This document shows positions 1 through 9,550 of a stretch of DNA of 64,000 bases, one piece after another (within the stretch, counting starts at the first letter, position 1; each line of letters opens with the position of its first letter). Made by a program: the position numbers and the translations under genes. This DNA is from Patescibacteria group bacterium. Its GTDB lineage: Bacteria; Patescibacteriota; Patescibacteriia; UBA9934. The stretch covers positions 288,992 through 352,991 of the forward strand of contig JBAQTB010000001.1 of the NCBI GenBank assembly GCA_049296775.1. Reading direction: 5' to 3'. The notes below the pieces were generated by a model. It did no database searches and was not told where the DNA came from. It saw nothing but the letters and a program-made list of their open reading frames with translations.

Positions 1-4
1 AGAT

Positions 5-2056
5 TTGTTTGGAGATGGAGCTACGTATAATGCTGGTGCTGACTATGCTGAGTTCTTCTATACCTTAGATAGTTCACTGACGGATCACCAGGTGGTGTGT
101 CAGGATACTTTGAACAATTTAGCGGTGAAGAAGTGTGGCGCTGGTGACAAGAAAATTGTGGGTGTGGTGTCTGTGCAGCCGGGCTTTGTGGGAAACAACA
201 TTCCAGGTGCAGATGGTAACTTGGATGACAATCCAAATTACCGGATTGTTGGTTTGGAAGGACAGATTGATACTTACGTGACCGCTGCAGACGGGCCGAT
301 TGCGGTGGGTGATGCTTTGACAACGTCAGCGGTGACGGCAGGATATGCCGGTAAGGCTAGTGCAGCGGGTAGGGTGGTGGGTTATGCGTTGCAACCCATG
401 GCGGCTGGTAGCGGTCTGATGACGGTGCGTGTGTCACCGGGTTGGGATGCAGGGAATGTGATCACGCCGACGGGTGGAGTGACGAGTTTCACCAATACTT
501 TAGCTTTGGAATCCCTATCGACCGCGACGGCTGCAGCTCCAGCTTCTCATTCAAACGCCTTAGCTTTCCGTGGCTCGGCTTGGAATGGCAGCGCCGCTCA
601 GACCGTGGCGATGACGTTGTCGAATAAGGTGACTAGTTCAAGTAGTTACAAATTGTCAGTCGCTAATGACGCGGGGGCGGAGGTGGCTTACATTAATAAC
701 CTCGGAGATTTGGTGTTGTCGGGTAAGTTGTACCCATCTAATCAAGGTGTTGCCCAGACTTCTGCGTATATTTATTACGATAGCAGCGGTGTTGGTTATA
801 TGCGTACCAATGCAGCCGGTTGGGGAGTGGGTTCTTATGACTTTGCCGAGCTCTTCCCGTCACCTCAGGTGCTGACGCCGGGTGAAGTGGTGGTGTTTGG
901 TGACGGTGATGAGCAGGTCAAGCGGTCTACGGGCGCTACTTACGACGATAGGATCGCTGGTGTCGTATCGACACGTCCGGGCTTCTTGGCCGGTACTTAT
1001 AAGCCGGGTGATAGCCCGATTGCGTTAAGCGGCCGTGTACCAACCAAGGTCAATACTCAAAACGGCAGTATCGCGATTGGTGACCCGTTGACGACTTCCA
1101 GCACTCCGGGAGTCGCTATGAAGGCGACTCAACCTGGCCCAATTGTCGGTTATGCCTTACAGAACTTCTCTGGCACTAACGGAATGATTTCGGTCTTCAT
1201 CCGCGCCTCTTATTATGATGGTGATGGTAGCCAGGTTCCAGCTATGGCCGCGGCACCGGTGTCTGGTGTGGGCAATACGGCTGATTTGACCAGTTTGAGT
1301 TTGAATGGTGGTCCGATTACTTCAGTGGCCTCCATTACGGGTCTCGGTAACACTTGGCGCTTAACGGAGATTGGCGACTTTATTACACGTGGTCGAGTGG
1401 TACAGTTGGTTAAGTCACACCAGAATGAGGATGTTGAGACTTACATGGTGGCGGCTAGGGAGATGACCATTCAGTTATCTGGTACCGCTACGTTGAGCGG
1501 GAATACGGCTGTAGTCACTTTTGACGATATCGATCCTCAGTTTAACGATGTGATTAGCACCATGGCGCCGTACCGTGTCCTAGTGACACCATCCGGAGTG
1601 ACTGGTCAGTTGTATGTGACTAACAGGACGACGACCGGCTTCACAATTAGTGCAGAAGGTGCTGCAAATGGTGTGATCGTGGATTGGTTAGTGATTGCTT
1701 ACCATAAGGATTACGAACCAACGCCAACAGTAGCCACAGACGAGCCTGTCGATCCACAGCCAGAGGAAGTTGTACCACCAGAGCCTGAAGTAGCTGGTGA
1801 GGCGACGGAAACAACCACCCCTAGCCCCTCCGTGGCCGGAGGGGAAGGTGAGGTGACTGAGGAGCCGGTCATTGAGACGCCGGTGGACGAGCCAATTGTT
1901 GAGCCGGAAACAGAAGAGCCTGCTACAGAAACGACCACCCCTAGCCCCTCCGTGGCCGGAGGGGAAGGCGAAGTAACTGAGGAGCCACCGGTGGAAGAGT
2001 CGGCAGTCACTGAGCCAGAGCCAGAAGTCACACCTGAAGTACCCGTTGGCGGCTAA
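5..2056 (+). CDS. Secreted/cell-surface repeat protein (5' partial; the N-terminus lies upstream of the window)
   Basis: The ORF is open to the window edge. There is an internal duplication: the VVGVVSVQPGFVGN...IVGYALQ block recurs as IAGVVSTRPGFLAG...IVGYALQ. The C-terminus is Pro/Glu/Thr-rich and carries the unit ETTTPSPSVAGGEGEVTEEP twice. No recognisable enzymatic motif. Confidence 0.5.
   Translation: MFGDGATYNAGADYAEFFYTLDSSLTDHQVVCQDTLNNLAVKKCGAGDKKIVGVVSVQPGFVGNNIPGADGNLDDNPNYRIVGLEGQIDTYVTAADGPIAVGDALTTSAVTAGYAGKASAAGRVVGYALQPMAAGSGLMTVRVSPGWDAGNVITPTGGVTSFTNTLALESLSTATAAAPASHSNALAFRGSAWNGSAAQTVAMTLSNKVTSSSSYKLSVANDAGAEVAYINNLGDLVLSGKLYPSNQGVAQTSAYIYYDSSGVGYMRTNAAGWGVGSYDFAELFPSPQVLTPGEVVVFGDGDEQVKRSTGATYDDRIAGVVSTRPGFLAGTYKPGDSPIALSGRVPTKVNTQNGSIAIGDPLTTSSTPGVAMKATQPGPIVGYALQNFSGTNGMISVFIRASYYDGDGSQVPAMAAAPVSGVGNTADLTSLSLNGGPITSVASITGLGNTWRLTEIGDFITRGRVVQLVKSHQNEDVETYMVAAREMTIQLSGTATLSGNTAVVTFDDIDPQFNDVISTMAPYRVLVTPSGVTGQLYVTNRTTTGFTISAEGAANGVIVDWLVIAYHKDYEPTPTVATDEPVDPQPEEVVPPEPEVAGEATETTTPSPSVAGGEGEVTEEPVIETPVDEPIVEPETEEPATETTTPSPSVAGGEGEVTEEPPVEESAVTEPEPEVTPEVPVGG
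1790..2030 (+). repeat. Tandem direct repeat of about 120 bp, two units, inside the 3' end of the surface-protein CDS
   Basis: The near-identical stretch ccacccctagcccctccgtggccggaggggaagg... occurs twice (around 1815 and 1935). This is the DNA basis of the duplicated TTTPSPSVAGGEGEVTEEP peptide. Confidence 0.6.
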
Positions 2057-2082
2057 ACTGTGGCATCATACTAAGGACGCGC

Positions 2083-4416
2083 TTGAGTCGCGTCCTTATA
2101 GTTATGACTAGACACTGGATTGAGAGACTACAAATCGCCGCTAAAGGCTTAGTTTTAGCCAGTATTGTTTTGGTGCCAGTGACGGTACTGCCGTGGACGA
2201 GTGATATTTTTGAAATTAATAAGCAATTAGTTTTCATTTTAAGTGTTGGGAGTGGAGCGGCGTGTTACATGTTGTCATTGCTTTTAGGCCGGCAAGCTAT
2301 CAAGTGGCCAAATGTTTTGATCCTCTTGCCGCTCCTCATGATTTTAGCCACGGCCATGAGTGCTGCGTGGTCAGTGTCACCGATAGTGAGTTGGTTGGGG
2401 CAGGGCGGTCAAGAATATGCGAGCGTTTTGAGCTTGATTGGTTTTGTGGGCGCATTTTTGCTGATTAAAACGTTGTCGGCCACAGAGCGATTTACGGGTT
2501 GGATATTTTTGAGTTTATTGACTGCGGCTGGTGTGGTGGGTGTGGCGTTGATACCGACATTTCTGGGTTTTAGTAGCTTGAGTTTTGGGAATTTGCTTGG
2601 CACGCCGCATGCCTGCGCGGTGTATTTGTTGATCGTGAGTACTTTAGCGTGCGGCTTGTGGCTAGTTAATTACACGCCGGCGGTAGTTGGGATGTGGCGT
2701 TGGTTGAAGGTTACTATGGGTGTCACGTTAACCATGACAGTGTTGACGTTGCTGGCACTTGATTCAAGTTTGCTGTGGGGCTTAGCGTTAGTGAGTTCTG
2801 GTAGTTTGCTGCTGATAACTTTTTGGCAAGCGGATAAATTTAAAGACTCATTACGTTTTGCGCCGGCAATTTTGCTCTTTGTCTTGGCGGCTGTATTCAT
2901 TGTGTTGCCGACACCCCTGGCTTCACCGTTTGTGCAGGAGATTTCTCCCAATTTATCCACGAGTTTAGGTGTGGCGACGGGGGCTTGGAATGAGGGAAGT
3001 GTGGCTTTTGGGTCAGGACCAGGGACTTTTGCCTTAGTTTATCCCAAGTACGCTCCGCTCAGCATTAATGAGAGTGATTTTTGGAATTTCAATTTTGATC
3101 GCGGGAATGCGTTTTTGGTGACACAGTTAGCGACCAATGGGTTGGTCGGCGTGCTTGCTTGGGTATTCTTTGTGACCGTGATCATTGTGTTGAGTTTACG
3201 ACATTTGGCCAAGGCTGAGGTAAAATCGTCAGTAGTGATTCCAACATTTGCTAGTTGGCTCGTTTTGGTGGTGGCAGCGGCGGTGTACCCGTACAACTTT
3301 ACTTTGACTTATTTGTTTTGGATCTTGTCGGCGGTTTTGGTGACTGGATTGCTGCACGGCGAGCATGTAGCTGGGTTGAGTACTTCAAGGCAGCGTCTAG
3401 CGACGGTGTTTGTGAGTATTTTAGTGTTTGTCGGAGTGCCAACGGCTTTGTTTTTGACCATGCCTGAGTATATTTCTCAAGTAGCTTTTGCTAAGGCCAT
3501 CAAGCTTAATACTGAGGCTAAGACTCCAGAACAGGTCGACGACGTTATTTTGTTGTTAGACAAGGCGGCCGTGGGTAATCCGCGTCATGATGTGTATTAC
3601 CGCAATTTAGCCGGTGCCTTTTTGCGACGTTTATCTGTACTCACGTCCGCAGAAGCTGGTGATGACCAGTATGTACAATCCGTCATCGCTTCTACGATTG
3701 CAGCCGCGACCAAGGCTACAGACATTGGACTCAACAATGTTTTGAATTGGGATGTCAGAGGGATGGTATATCGAGATTTATTGCCCATCGTTCCAGATGC
3801 AGATTTGCCGGCCATCGAGGCGTATGAGATGGCGATTAAACTCGCACCCACTAACCCGAGTTACCGCGTAGAGGTCGCTAGAGTTTATTTGAGCATGGCG
3901 GATGCGCAAACTCCTTTAATGCAAAATGAAGACAAAGCGGTCGCCAATCAGGCCCAGGCAGATAAAGATCTGGCCTTGGCTAAGGCTGAAGAGCATTTAG
4001 TTACGGCTATCGCCTTAAAATCGAATTATCCTTTAGCTCAGTATTACTTGGCGTTACTTAAGGAGAGACAGGGTGATTACGCTGAGGCGGTGCGAGGTTT
4101 AGAATATGTAAAATCACAAGTGCCCGGAGACGTGGGTGTGGGGTTGCGTTTGGGTTTGCTGTACCTGCGACAAGGAAAGCAAGATTTAGCGCAGGTCGAA
4201 TTGCAGCGCGTGGTTAATCTTGCCCCTGATTACGCCAATGCTCATTGGTACTTGTCAGTAGCTTTTGAACAAAAAGGCGATCTTACGAGCGCCATTGCGG
4301 AGGTCGAAAAAGTTCTAGCTACCAATCCGGATAACGTCTCAGTTAAAACCCGTTTAGAGCGTTTGAAAGCTGGCGAGACCTCAGCACAAATTCCCGATCC
4401 AATCGGCTTGAACTAG
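2083..4416 (+). CDS. Polytopic membrane protein with C-terminal TPR repeats (O-antigen ligase/Wzy-like architecture)
   Basis: The N-terminal ~450 aa is a run of hydrophobic helices. The C-terminal ~300 aa has repeated A..Y/L..G TPR-like helical pairs (YYLALLKERQGDYAEA, ANAHWYLSVAFEQKGDL). Confidence 0.55.
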   Translation: MSRVLIVMTRHWIERLQIAAKGLVLASIVLVPVTVLPWTSDIFEINKQLVFILSVGSGAACYMLSLLLGRQAIKWPNVLILLPLLMILATAMSAAWSVSPIVSWLGQGGQEYASVLSLIGFVGAFLLIKTLSATERFTGWIFLSLLTAAGVVGVALIPTFLGFSSLSFGNLLGTPHACAVYLLIVSTLACGLWLVNYTPAVVGMWRWLKVTMGVTLTMTVLTLLALDSSLLWGLALVSSGSLLLITFWQADKFKDSLRFAPAILLFVLAAVFIVLPTPLASPFVQEISPNLSTSLGVATGAWNEGSVAFGSGPGTFALVYPKYAPLSINESDFWNFNFDRGNAFLVTQLATNGLVGVLAWVFFVTVIIVLSLRHLAKAEVKSSVVIPTFASWLVLVVAAAVYPYNFTLTYLFWILSAVLVTGLLHGEHVAGLSTSRQRLATVFVSILVFVGVPTALFLTMPEYISQVAFAKAIKLNTEAKTPEQVDDVILLLDKAAVGNPRHDVYYRNLAGAFLRRLSVLTSAEAGDDQYVQSVIASTIAAATKATDIGLNNVLNWDVRGMVYRDLLPIVPDADLPAIEAYEMAIKLAPTNPSYRVEVARVYLSMADAQTPLMQNEDKAVANQAQADKDLALAKAEEHLVTAIALKSNYPLAQYYLALLKERQGDYAEAVRGLEYVKSQVPGDVGVGLRLGLLYLRQGKQDLAQVELQRVVNLAPDYANAHWYLSVAFEQKGDLTSAIAEVEKVLATNPDNVSVKTRLERLKAGETSAQIPDPIGLN

Positions 4417-4451
4417 GCAAAAATGGTTAAATCGCATAGACTAGGCCGCGT

Positions 4452-5528
4452 ATGTTAAATGTTGGCATTGTTGGGTTACCGAACGTGGGCAAATCTACTT
4501 TATTTACGGCACTTACCAAGAAACAGGTAGATTGTGCTAATTTTCCGTTTTGTACCATTGAGCCGAATGTGGGCGTGGTTGAGGTGCCAGATGTTAGGAT
4601 CGATATTTTGAAAGACATGTCTCATAGTCAGAAGACTATCAAGACCGCTATTGAGTTTGTAGATATTGCCGGATTGGTTAAGGGAGCGCACAAGGGAGAA
4701 GGGCTTGGCAACAAGTTTTTATCCAATATTCGTGAGACGGACATGATTGCGCACGTGGTGCGATCATTTAAGAATGACGATATTATTCACGTGGACGGTT
4801 CGGTGGATCCAATTAGAGATGTAGAAGTGATCGAGCTTGAATTGGCCATGGCCGATCATGCGACCGTGGGTAAAATGTTGGATGGAGTGAAGAATAAGTT
4901 GAAGTCAGGCAAGGATCCGGAGGTAGTGGCGCAAGTTTCCGCTTTTGAAAAATGGTTAGCCGCGTTGTCTGCAGGCAAATTGGCGAGAACGGTGGAGTTT
5001 ACTGATGAAGAATTATTAGCGATTAAGGGGATTCGTTTGTTGACCAACAAACCGATTTTGTACATTGTTAACGTCAACGAGGCGGAGGCGAATGATCCAG
5101 CCTGGGTGTCGCCGCTTGGACCTGAGCGTTTAGCGGTGCCAATTTCTGTAAAAATCGAGGCGGAATTAGCCGGACTACCATCTGAGGAGGCGGTGGATAT
5201 GTTGTTAGCGCTCGGTATGACTGAATCTGGTTTAGATAAAGTCATTAAAAAGTGTTACCAGCTTTTGAATTTGATTACTTACATCACGACCGGTGAACAG
5301 GAAACTCGCGCTTGGACAATTGAGGGGGGCACAAAGGCGCCACAAGCTGCCGGCGTAATTCATACTGATTTTGAAAAGAATTTCATTCGGGCTGAAGTCA
5401 TTGCTTACACGGATTATATTGAATGCGGGGGAGAGTCTGGCGCTAGAGACAAGGGCAAGTTACGCATTGAGGGCAAAGATTACGTGATGCAAGATGGAGA
5501 TGTTTGTCATTTTAGAATTGGGGGCTAG
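4452..5528 (+). CDS. ychF: Ribosome-binding ATPase YchF (Obg-family GTPase)
   Basis: GIVGLPNVGKSTLFTALT P-loop; NFPFCTIEPNVGVV; C-terminal TGS-like region DFEKNFIRAEVIAYTDYIE. Confidence 0.9.
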   Translation: MLNVGIVGLPNVGKSTLFTALTKKQVDCANFPFCTIEPNVGVVEVPDVRIDILKDMSHSQKTIKTAIEFVDIAGLVKGAHKGEGLGNKFLSNIRETDMIAHVVRSFKNDDIIHVDGSVDPIRDVEVIELELAMADHATVGKMLDGVKNKLKSGKDPEVVAQVSAFEKWLAALSAGKLARTVEFTDEELLAIKGIRLLTNKPILYIVNVNEAEANDPAWVSPLGPERLAVPISVKIEAELAGLPSEEAVDMLLALGMTESGLDKVIKKCYQLLNLITYITTGEQETRAWTIEGGTKAPQAAGVIHTDFEKNFIRAEVIAYTDYIECGGESGARDKGKLRIEGKDYVMQDGDVCHFRIGG

Positions 5529-5593
5529 GGGTTGACGTACGCCTGATTTTTTGTCAGACTGTAGTGTCTACCTTGTCTGATAGGGGGTGACAT

Positions 5594-6049
5594 GTGAGTA
5601 CGGAGGTCTTAATCGCTCTGGGATCTGGGGTTGTGTTAACAGTGATTTATTCGCTGTTAGGGACGGCATATGCCTGGTGGCGTTTGGGGGCGTGGTTGCG
5701 GGTACACCGTGACCATTACGCCGAGCCGCAAGTGAGCTCAGACATTGAATTGTGGTTTCTGTTCCCGAGCGAGTCGTGGAATAGGACATTGGGATTATCT
5801 GATCTGCACGCAGGATCACCGCTGCATTTGGCGGCGCACTCCTGGGAGGCTAGAGGGATCAATCGTCAGGTCAGATTGCATCATCTGAGGCACTATCTAG
5901 CGTTGACGCGCTGGGTGTGGCCGTTCTTGGTGGCTCGTAACATTGCTCTTTGCGCGTATTACGTGCCTTGGTTGGTAGCTTTGCTGATTATGTCAGTATG
6001 GCCGCCGGTAAAAGCGCGTCGTCCAAAGGGCGAGCGTCCGCATTACTAA
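5594..6049 (+). CDS. Hypothetical small membrane protein (GTG start)
   Basis: GTG start preceded by AGGGGG about 7 nt upstream. Hydrophobic segments. Visibly GC-richer than the neighbours. No recognisable domain. Confidence 0.3.
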   Translation: MSTEVLIALGSGVVLTVIYSLLGTAYAWWRLGAWLRVHRDHYAEPQVSSDIELWFLFPSESWNRTLGLSDLHAGSPLHLAAHSWEARGINRQVRLHHLRHYLALTRWVWPFLVARNIALCAYYVPWLVALLIMSVWPPVKARRPKGERPHY

Positions 6050-6110
6050 ACTCTGGATGGAGACAGTCAGCTGACCGCCTAGCGTCTAGGCGGTCTTTTC
6101 TATGTAAACA

Positions 6111-6140
6111 AAAAACCGCCGTCTCAGTGAAGACAGCGGC
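6111..6140. terminator. Hairpin between convergent genes
   Basis: ccgccgtctcagtgaagacagcgg is an imperfect palindrome preceded by an A-run. Confidence 0.35.
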
Positions 6141-6145
6141 AGGAG

Positions 6146-6766
6146 CTAGTTGGTGCTGAGCCTGGTAGCGGCTAGTACCTTGACCACATATTTGGGGAAG
6201 TCGGAATGATCTCCGACCTCCACGTTGCCGGGGCCTTGGTTGTAGGCCTCGAGACCGTCGGCGACGTTGCCGAAGCGATTGGTGTAGTCCTGGAGCATGA
6301 CGGCTCCAAGGACGATGTTGTGTTTGGAGTTGGACTGGTAGTCCAGTTTTCCAGCCTGCAAGCCGAGCAGCCGAGTGGCCGCGATCACGTGCCGTTGGCC
6401 GGGCAGATCGATCTGCATGATGCCCTTGGCATGCCCGGTGCCAAAGTTTTGGCAGCCACCGGATTCGATGGTGGCGAGTCCGATTAGGAGCTCGACGGGC
6501 TGATTGGTCAGTCGCGCAGCAAGCTCAAAGTCTGACTTATAGTTCAGACAGTTTTTGAACTGTTTGTCTGTCTTCCGAGCTCGTTCGACCGGTATTTGCT
6601 CGGTGACGAGCTCGTCGAGACGGTCAATCGACCGTTCTTCGGAGGGGGTGATCACCTGAATGACGATTTGAGGTTTTGTTTGGGCTTCAAATGTCGGCAG
6701 GGGCATCTTGAGGATCAGTAGAAGGGCGGCCAGGCTGGCCAAAAGGCGGGCGGTAGCGGTGAGCAT
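6146..6766 (-). CDS. Lytic transglycosylase (SLT domain) with N-terminal signal/anchor
   Basis: ESGG catalytic region; IMQID; the AYNQGPGNV motif typical of the SLT family; hydrophobic N-terminus MLTATARLLASLAALLL. The ORF extends to 6820, but the internal Met at 6766 is the likelier start. Confidence 0.7.
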   Translation of the reverse strand: MLTATARLLASLAALLLILKMPLPTFEAQTKPQIVIQVITPSEERSIDRLDELVTEQIPVERARKTDKQFKNCLNYKSDFELAARLTNQPVELLIGLATIESGGCQNFGTGHAKGIMQIDLPGQRHVIAATRLLGLQAGKLDYQSNSKHNIVLGAVMLQDYTNRFGNVADGLEAYNQGPGNVEVGDHSDFPKYVVKVLAATRLSTN

Positions 6767-6835
6767 GGGGACTCCAAGTGGGACATGAGTATAGCAAAAA
6801 ATCGCCATTTTGTCAAGCAAAAATGGCTAAAACTA

Positions 6836-6866
6836 ACAAAAAAACAGCCCGCTTGGGCTGTTTTTT
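6836..6866 (-). terminator. Rho-independent terminator downstream of the methyltransferase gene
   Basis: aaaaacagccc gctt gggctgtttttt: a perfect stem flanked by A and T runs. Confidence 0.6.
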
Positions 6867-6875
6867 ATCGGCTAC

Positions 6876-8057
6876 TTACTGGGGGAGTTTGAAGCGGAGA
6901 ATCTGGCGACCAACGTGCTGATCGGCATGGCGATACACCATGTTATCGCAGGCGGTAGGCGCGGCTGTAAAGCTAAGCTTATGCAGAATGTCGGTGACGG
7001 GTACAAAATAAGGTTGTTCATTGACGTAGTGGACAGGGGCGGCAATGACGAGCACGCCACCGGGTTTGAGAACAGCCTTTAAAGCGGCGAAACTTTCCGT
7101 GTATAAGGTTTCTAGATATTTGATCGCCTCTTCAATATCTGAGACTGATTCTACACCGCGGCGTGGTCGGCCGAGATATGTTTCTGTCACAATGGCATCA
7201 ACGCTAGCGGCTTCTAGGTGGTCGTTGACGTCTTTAGCCTGACCTAGATAAGTGCGTAGCTCGCCAGTTTTGAAGCCTTGCGCAGCTAACCAGTCTTGGT
7301 TGGCTTCTGTGTCACTAATGGCAACATCGTTAATGTCACCGCCGATGAGTTGAGAAAAACCACACAACCCAGCTTCCATGAGGACGGTGCCACTGCCACA
7401 GAAGGGATCGAGTAAAGTTTTGCCGCCGCCGTACAAGCCGGTCAAGTTCACCATGATACGCGCTAGTTTAGGAGGTAACATGCCTTGTTTGGCATTGCGT
7501 CTCGGACGGTTGAAATCACGGTTGGCCCAGTCATCAATGTTTTGTACGGCACCAGTGCGTCCAATGACAATGTCGTTATCTCTGACGATCAAAACGTATT
7601 CAGCTCCTTTACTGAGCAAATGATTACTGACAACTACAATAGCGGATAGGGTTGCCTCCTTGGAGATGACGTATCTAGCGCTGCGACCGGCTTCTTTTAG
7701 ACGTGATTTTGTTTCTAGACCTAGGTTTTTGGTAGCTGTACGCACCTGATCGAGCTTGGATTGATTGGCACCGTAAACACTTAACCCGAAATTGAGCTTA
7801 CCTTCTGGGTGGTTGGCTATAAGATCATTAGCTAAAAAAGCGGCTAATTCTTTTTGATCAGTGGTTGTAACTGTACCAATGACAGTCCCGAGCTTCTGAG
7901 TGCCACCTAAGCGGAACTGTAAAGCATTGAGATCGGTATCAATATCGTCAAACAGCGCTAATTGACCAGCACGCCAGCTAGGAGAAGAGGTGGTAACAAC
8001 GCCAATTTCCGCGATCGAGAGATCGGGATGGGCACCCAAGAGAGCAAAGATTTGCAT
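6876..8057 (-). CDS. SAM-dependent RNA methyltransferase, UPF0020/THUMP-type (Trm11/RlmL-like)
   Basis: LLDPFCGSGTVLMEAG motif I and a DAIVTE-type motif IV region. The N-terminal MQIFALLGAHPDLS region resembles the THUMP-like N-terminus of this family. Confidence 0.6.
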   Translation of the reverse strand: MQIFALLGAHPDLSIAEIGVVTTSSPSWRAGQLALFDDIDTDLNALQFRLGGTQKLGTVIGTVTTTDQKELAAFLANDLIANHPEGKLNFGLSVYGANQSKLDQVRTATKNLGLETKSRLKEAGRSARYVISKEATLSAIVVVSNHLLSKGAEYVLIVRDNDIVIGRTGAVQNIDDWANRDFNRPRRNAKQGMLPPKLARIMVNLTGLYGGGKTLLDPFCGSGTVLMEAGLCGFSQLIGGDINDVAISDTEANQDWLAAQGFKTGELRTYLGQAKDVNDHLEAASVDAIVTETYLGRPRRGVESVSDIEEAIKYLETLYTESFAALKAVLKPGGVLVIAAPVHYVNEQPYFVPVTDILHKLSFTAAPTACDNMVYRHADQHVGRQILRFKLPQ

Positions 8058-8149
8058 ATTGGCGTGATGTTAGCAGACTTATGGAATTTTGGCTAGTCTT
8101 TAGGATTATTTGCGTCTTGGTCGGTTCAGATAAGTTTATGGCCTGGAGC

Positions 8150-8178
8150 TTGACCAAAGTCTAGAACTCGGCTAGGAT
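8150..8178 (+). promoter_or_regulatory. Candidate sigma70-type promoter of the rpsF operon
   Basis: TTGACC, a 17-nt spacer, then TAGGAT, about 95 nt upstream of the rpsF ATG. The leader contains the hairpin ctactttc...gaaagtag. Confidence 0.4.
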
Positions 8179-8273
8179 TCCGACACTTATTCTTGTCCAT
8201 GATCGTCTACTTTCCTTTAGGTAAGCGAAAGTAGTTTGATCGCCCGTCCTAGAGACGAGGCCGAGTCAACACT

Positions 8274-8765
8274 ATGTTGTACGAAATCATGACCATTTTG
8301 CCGTCTCAGTACGCTGACACGGAGGTAGATGGTGTTGTAGCTACAGTGAGCGCGGTGCTTGAAAAGTCAGGCGCTAAGGTAGAAAAGAGCCATTCTTTTG
8401 GGAAGATTAAAATGGCTTACCCAATTGAGCGTCAGCGTTACGGTACGTATATCTTGTTCTACGTTCAGGCCGAGCCTGAGATGTTGAAGAAGTTAGACCT
8501 AGATATGCGTTTGACTGAGGAGGTTTTGCGTCATATGGTCATTGCTCGTCCAGACGGCATGCCAAAGGGAGAGTTCAAGTTAGTTCAATACACTCCACCG
8601 TTGACCCCAGAAGGTCGCCGTGCAGGTGAGCGTGATGAGCGGACTGATCGTCCAGAGCGTACAGGTAAGCCAGTTGCCACCGAGGCTGCTGGTAAGGTGA
8701 CCACTCAGGAACTTTCAAATAAGTTGGACCAGATTCTAGACTCAGATATCATGAAGAATATCTAA
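8274..8765 (+). CDS. rpsF: 30S ribosomal protein S6 with charged C-terminal extension
   Basis: Conserved operon rpsF-ssb-rpsR. The N-terminus has MLYEIMTILPSQ... with the S6 pattern. The C-terminal tail is rich in R/E/D. Confidence 0.85.
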   Translation: MLYEIMTILPSQYADTEVDGVVATVSAVLEKSGAKVEKSHSFGKIKMAYPIERQRYGTYILFYVQAEPEMLKKLDLDMRLTEEVLRHMVIARPDGMPKGEFKLVQYTPPLTPEGRRAGERDERTDRPERTGKPVATEAAGKVTTQELSNKLDQILDSDIMKNI

Positions 8766-8808
8766 TTCAAACTGGTCACAATTGAGGAGATCCTCAATAC
8801 AAAAACTT

Positions 8809-9276
8809 ATGGCTTCTTCATTGAACAGAGTTACCTTGATTGGTAACCTCACCCGTGACCCAGAGTTACGTAAGACCACCGGCGGACAGTCAGTAGCTTC
8901 CTTCACGATTGCGACTAATCGCGCTTACACTAGCTCAGATGGTCAAAAGAAAGATCAGGCGGATTACCATAGTTTGGTAGCCTGGGGCCGGTTGGGTGAA
9001 ATTTGTGCGCAGTACCTAGTGAAGGGCAAGAAGATTTACGTTGACGGTAGATTGCAGACCCGTGAATGGGATGGACAAGATGGCCAGAAGCGTTATCGCA
9101 CTGAGGTGGTGATTGAGAACATGATCATGTTGGATAGATCCGGCCAGGTCAGTGGGGCACCAAAGTCACTAGACGCAGCTGACGCTGCTGCTGAGGCCGC
9201 TGCCGCTCCGATCATGACAGATGAGCCATCACAGGCACCTAATGAAGAAATTAAACTTGAAGACATTCCCTTTTAA
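8809..9276 (+). CDS. ssb: Single-stranded DNA-binding protein
   Basis: LNRVTLIGNLTRDPELR OB-fold start and the C-terminal acidic tail ending DIPF. The ORF track starts at a TTG at 8782; the ATG at 8809, preceded by GAGGAG, is preferred. Confidence 0.9.
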   Translation: MASSLNRVTLIGNLTRDPELRKTTGGQSVASFTIATNRAYTSSDGQKKDQADYHSLVAWGRLGEICAQYLVKGKKIYVDGRLQTREWDGQDGQKRYRTEVVIENMIMLDRSGQVSGAPKSLDAADAAAEAAAAPIMTDEPSQAPNEEIKLEDIPF

Positions 9277-9282
9277 TCCTCT

Positions 9283-9513
9283 ATGATGAACAATAAAACA
9301 ACTGCCAAGGGCGAGCGTTATTGCTTCTTCTGTGTGAACAAAGATGTAGTCATCGACTACAAGCACACAGAGTTGCTCCGCCGTTTCTTGTCCTCTTACG
9401 GAAAGATCGTGCCACGCAAGCGCAGTGGAGTCTGTGCTACTCACCAGCGCCAAGTAGCTGCCGAGATCAAGCGCTCACGTATCATTGGCCTGTTGCCATT
9501 CGTACTTAAATAA
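9283..9513 (+). CDS. rpsR: 30S ribosomal protein S18
   Basis: CFFC...IDYKHTELLRRFLSSYGKIVPRKRSGVCATHQRQVAAEIKRSR is the canonical S18 sequence. Confidence 0.9.
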   Translation: MMNNKTTAKGERYCFFCVNKDVVIDYKHTELLRRFLSSYGKIVPRKRSGVCATHQRQVAAEIKRSRIIGLLPFVLK

Positions 9514-9517
9514 GTGC

Positions 9518-9546
9518 TAGCAAAGCGGCTTCGGCCGCTTTTTGCG
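9518..9546 (+). terminator. Terminator after rpsR
   Basis: aaagcggc ttcg gccgcttttt. Confidence 0.5.
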
Positions 9547-9550
9547 TCTT

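Noticed and set aside
1711-2031. 106-aa minus-strand ORF, rich in Ser/Gly/Thr
   Set aside because: It lies wholly inside the tandem-repeat region of the plus-strand surface-protein gene. It is an antisense shadow ORF created by the repeat..
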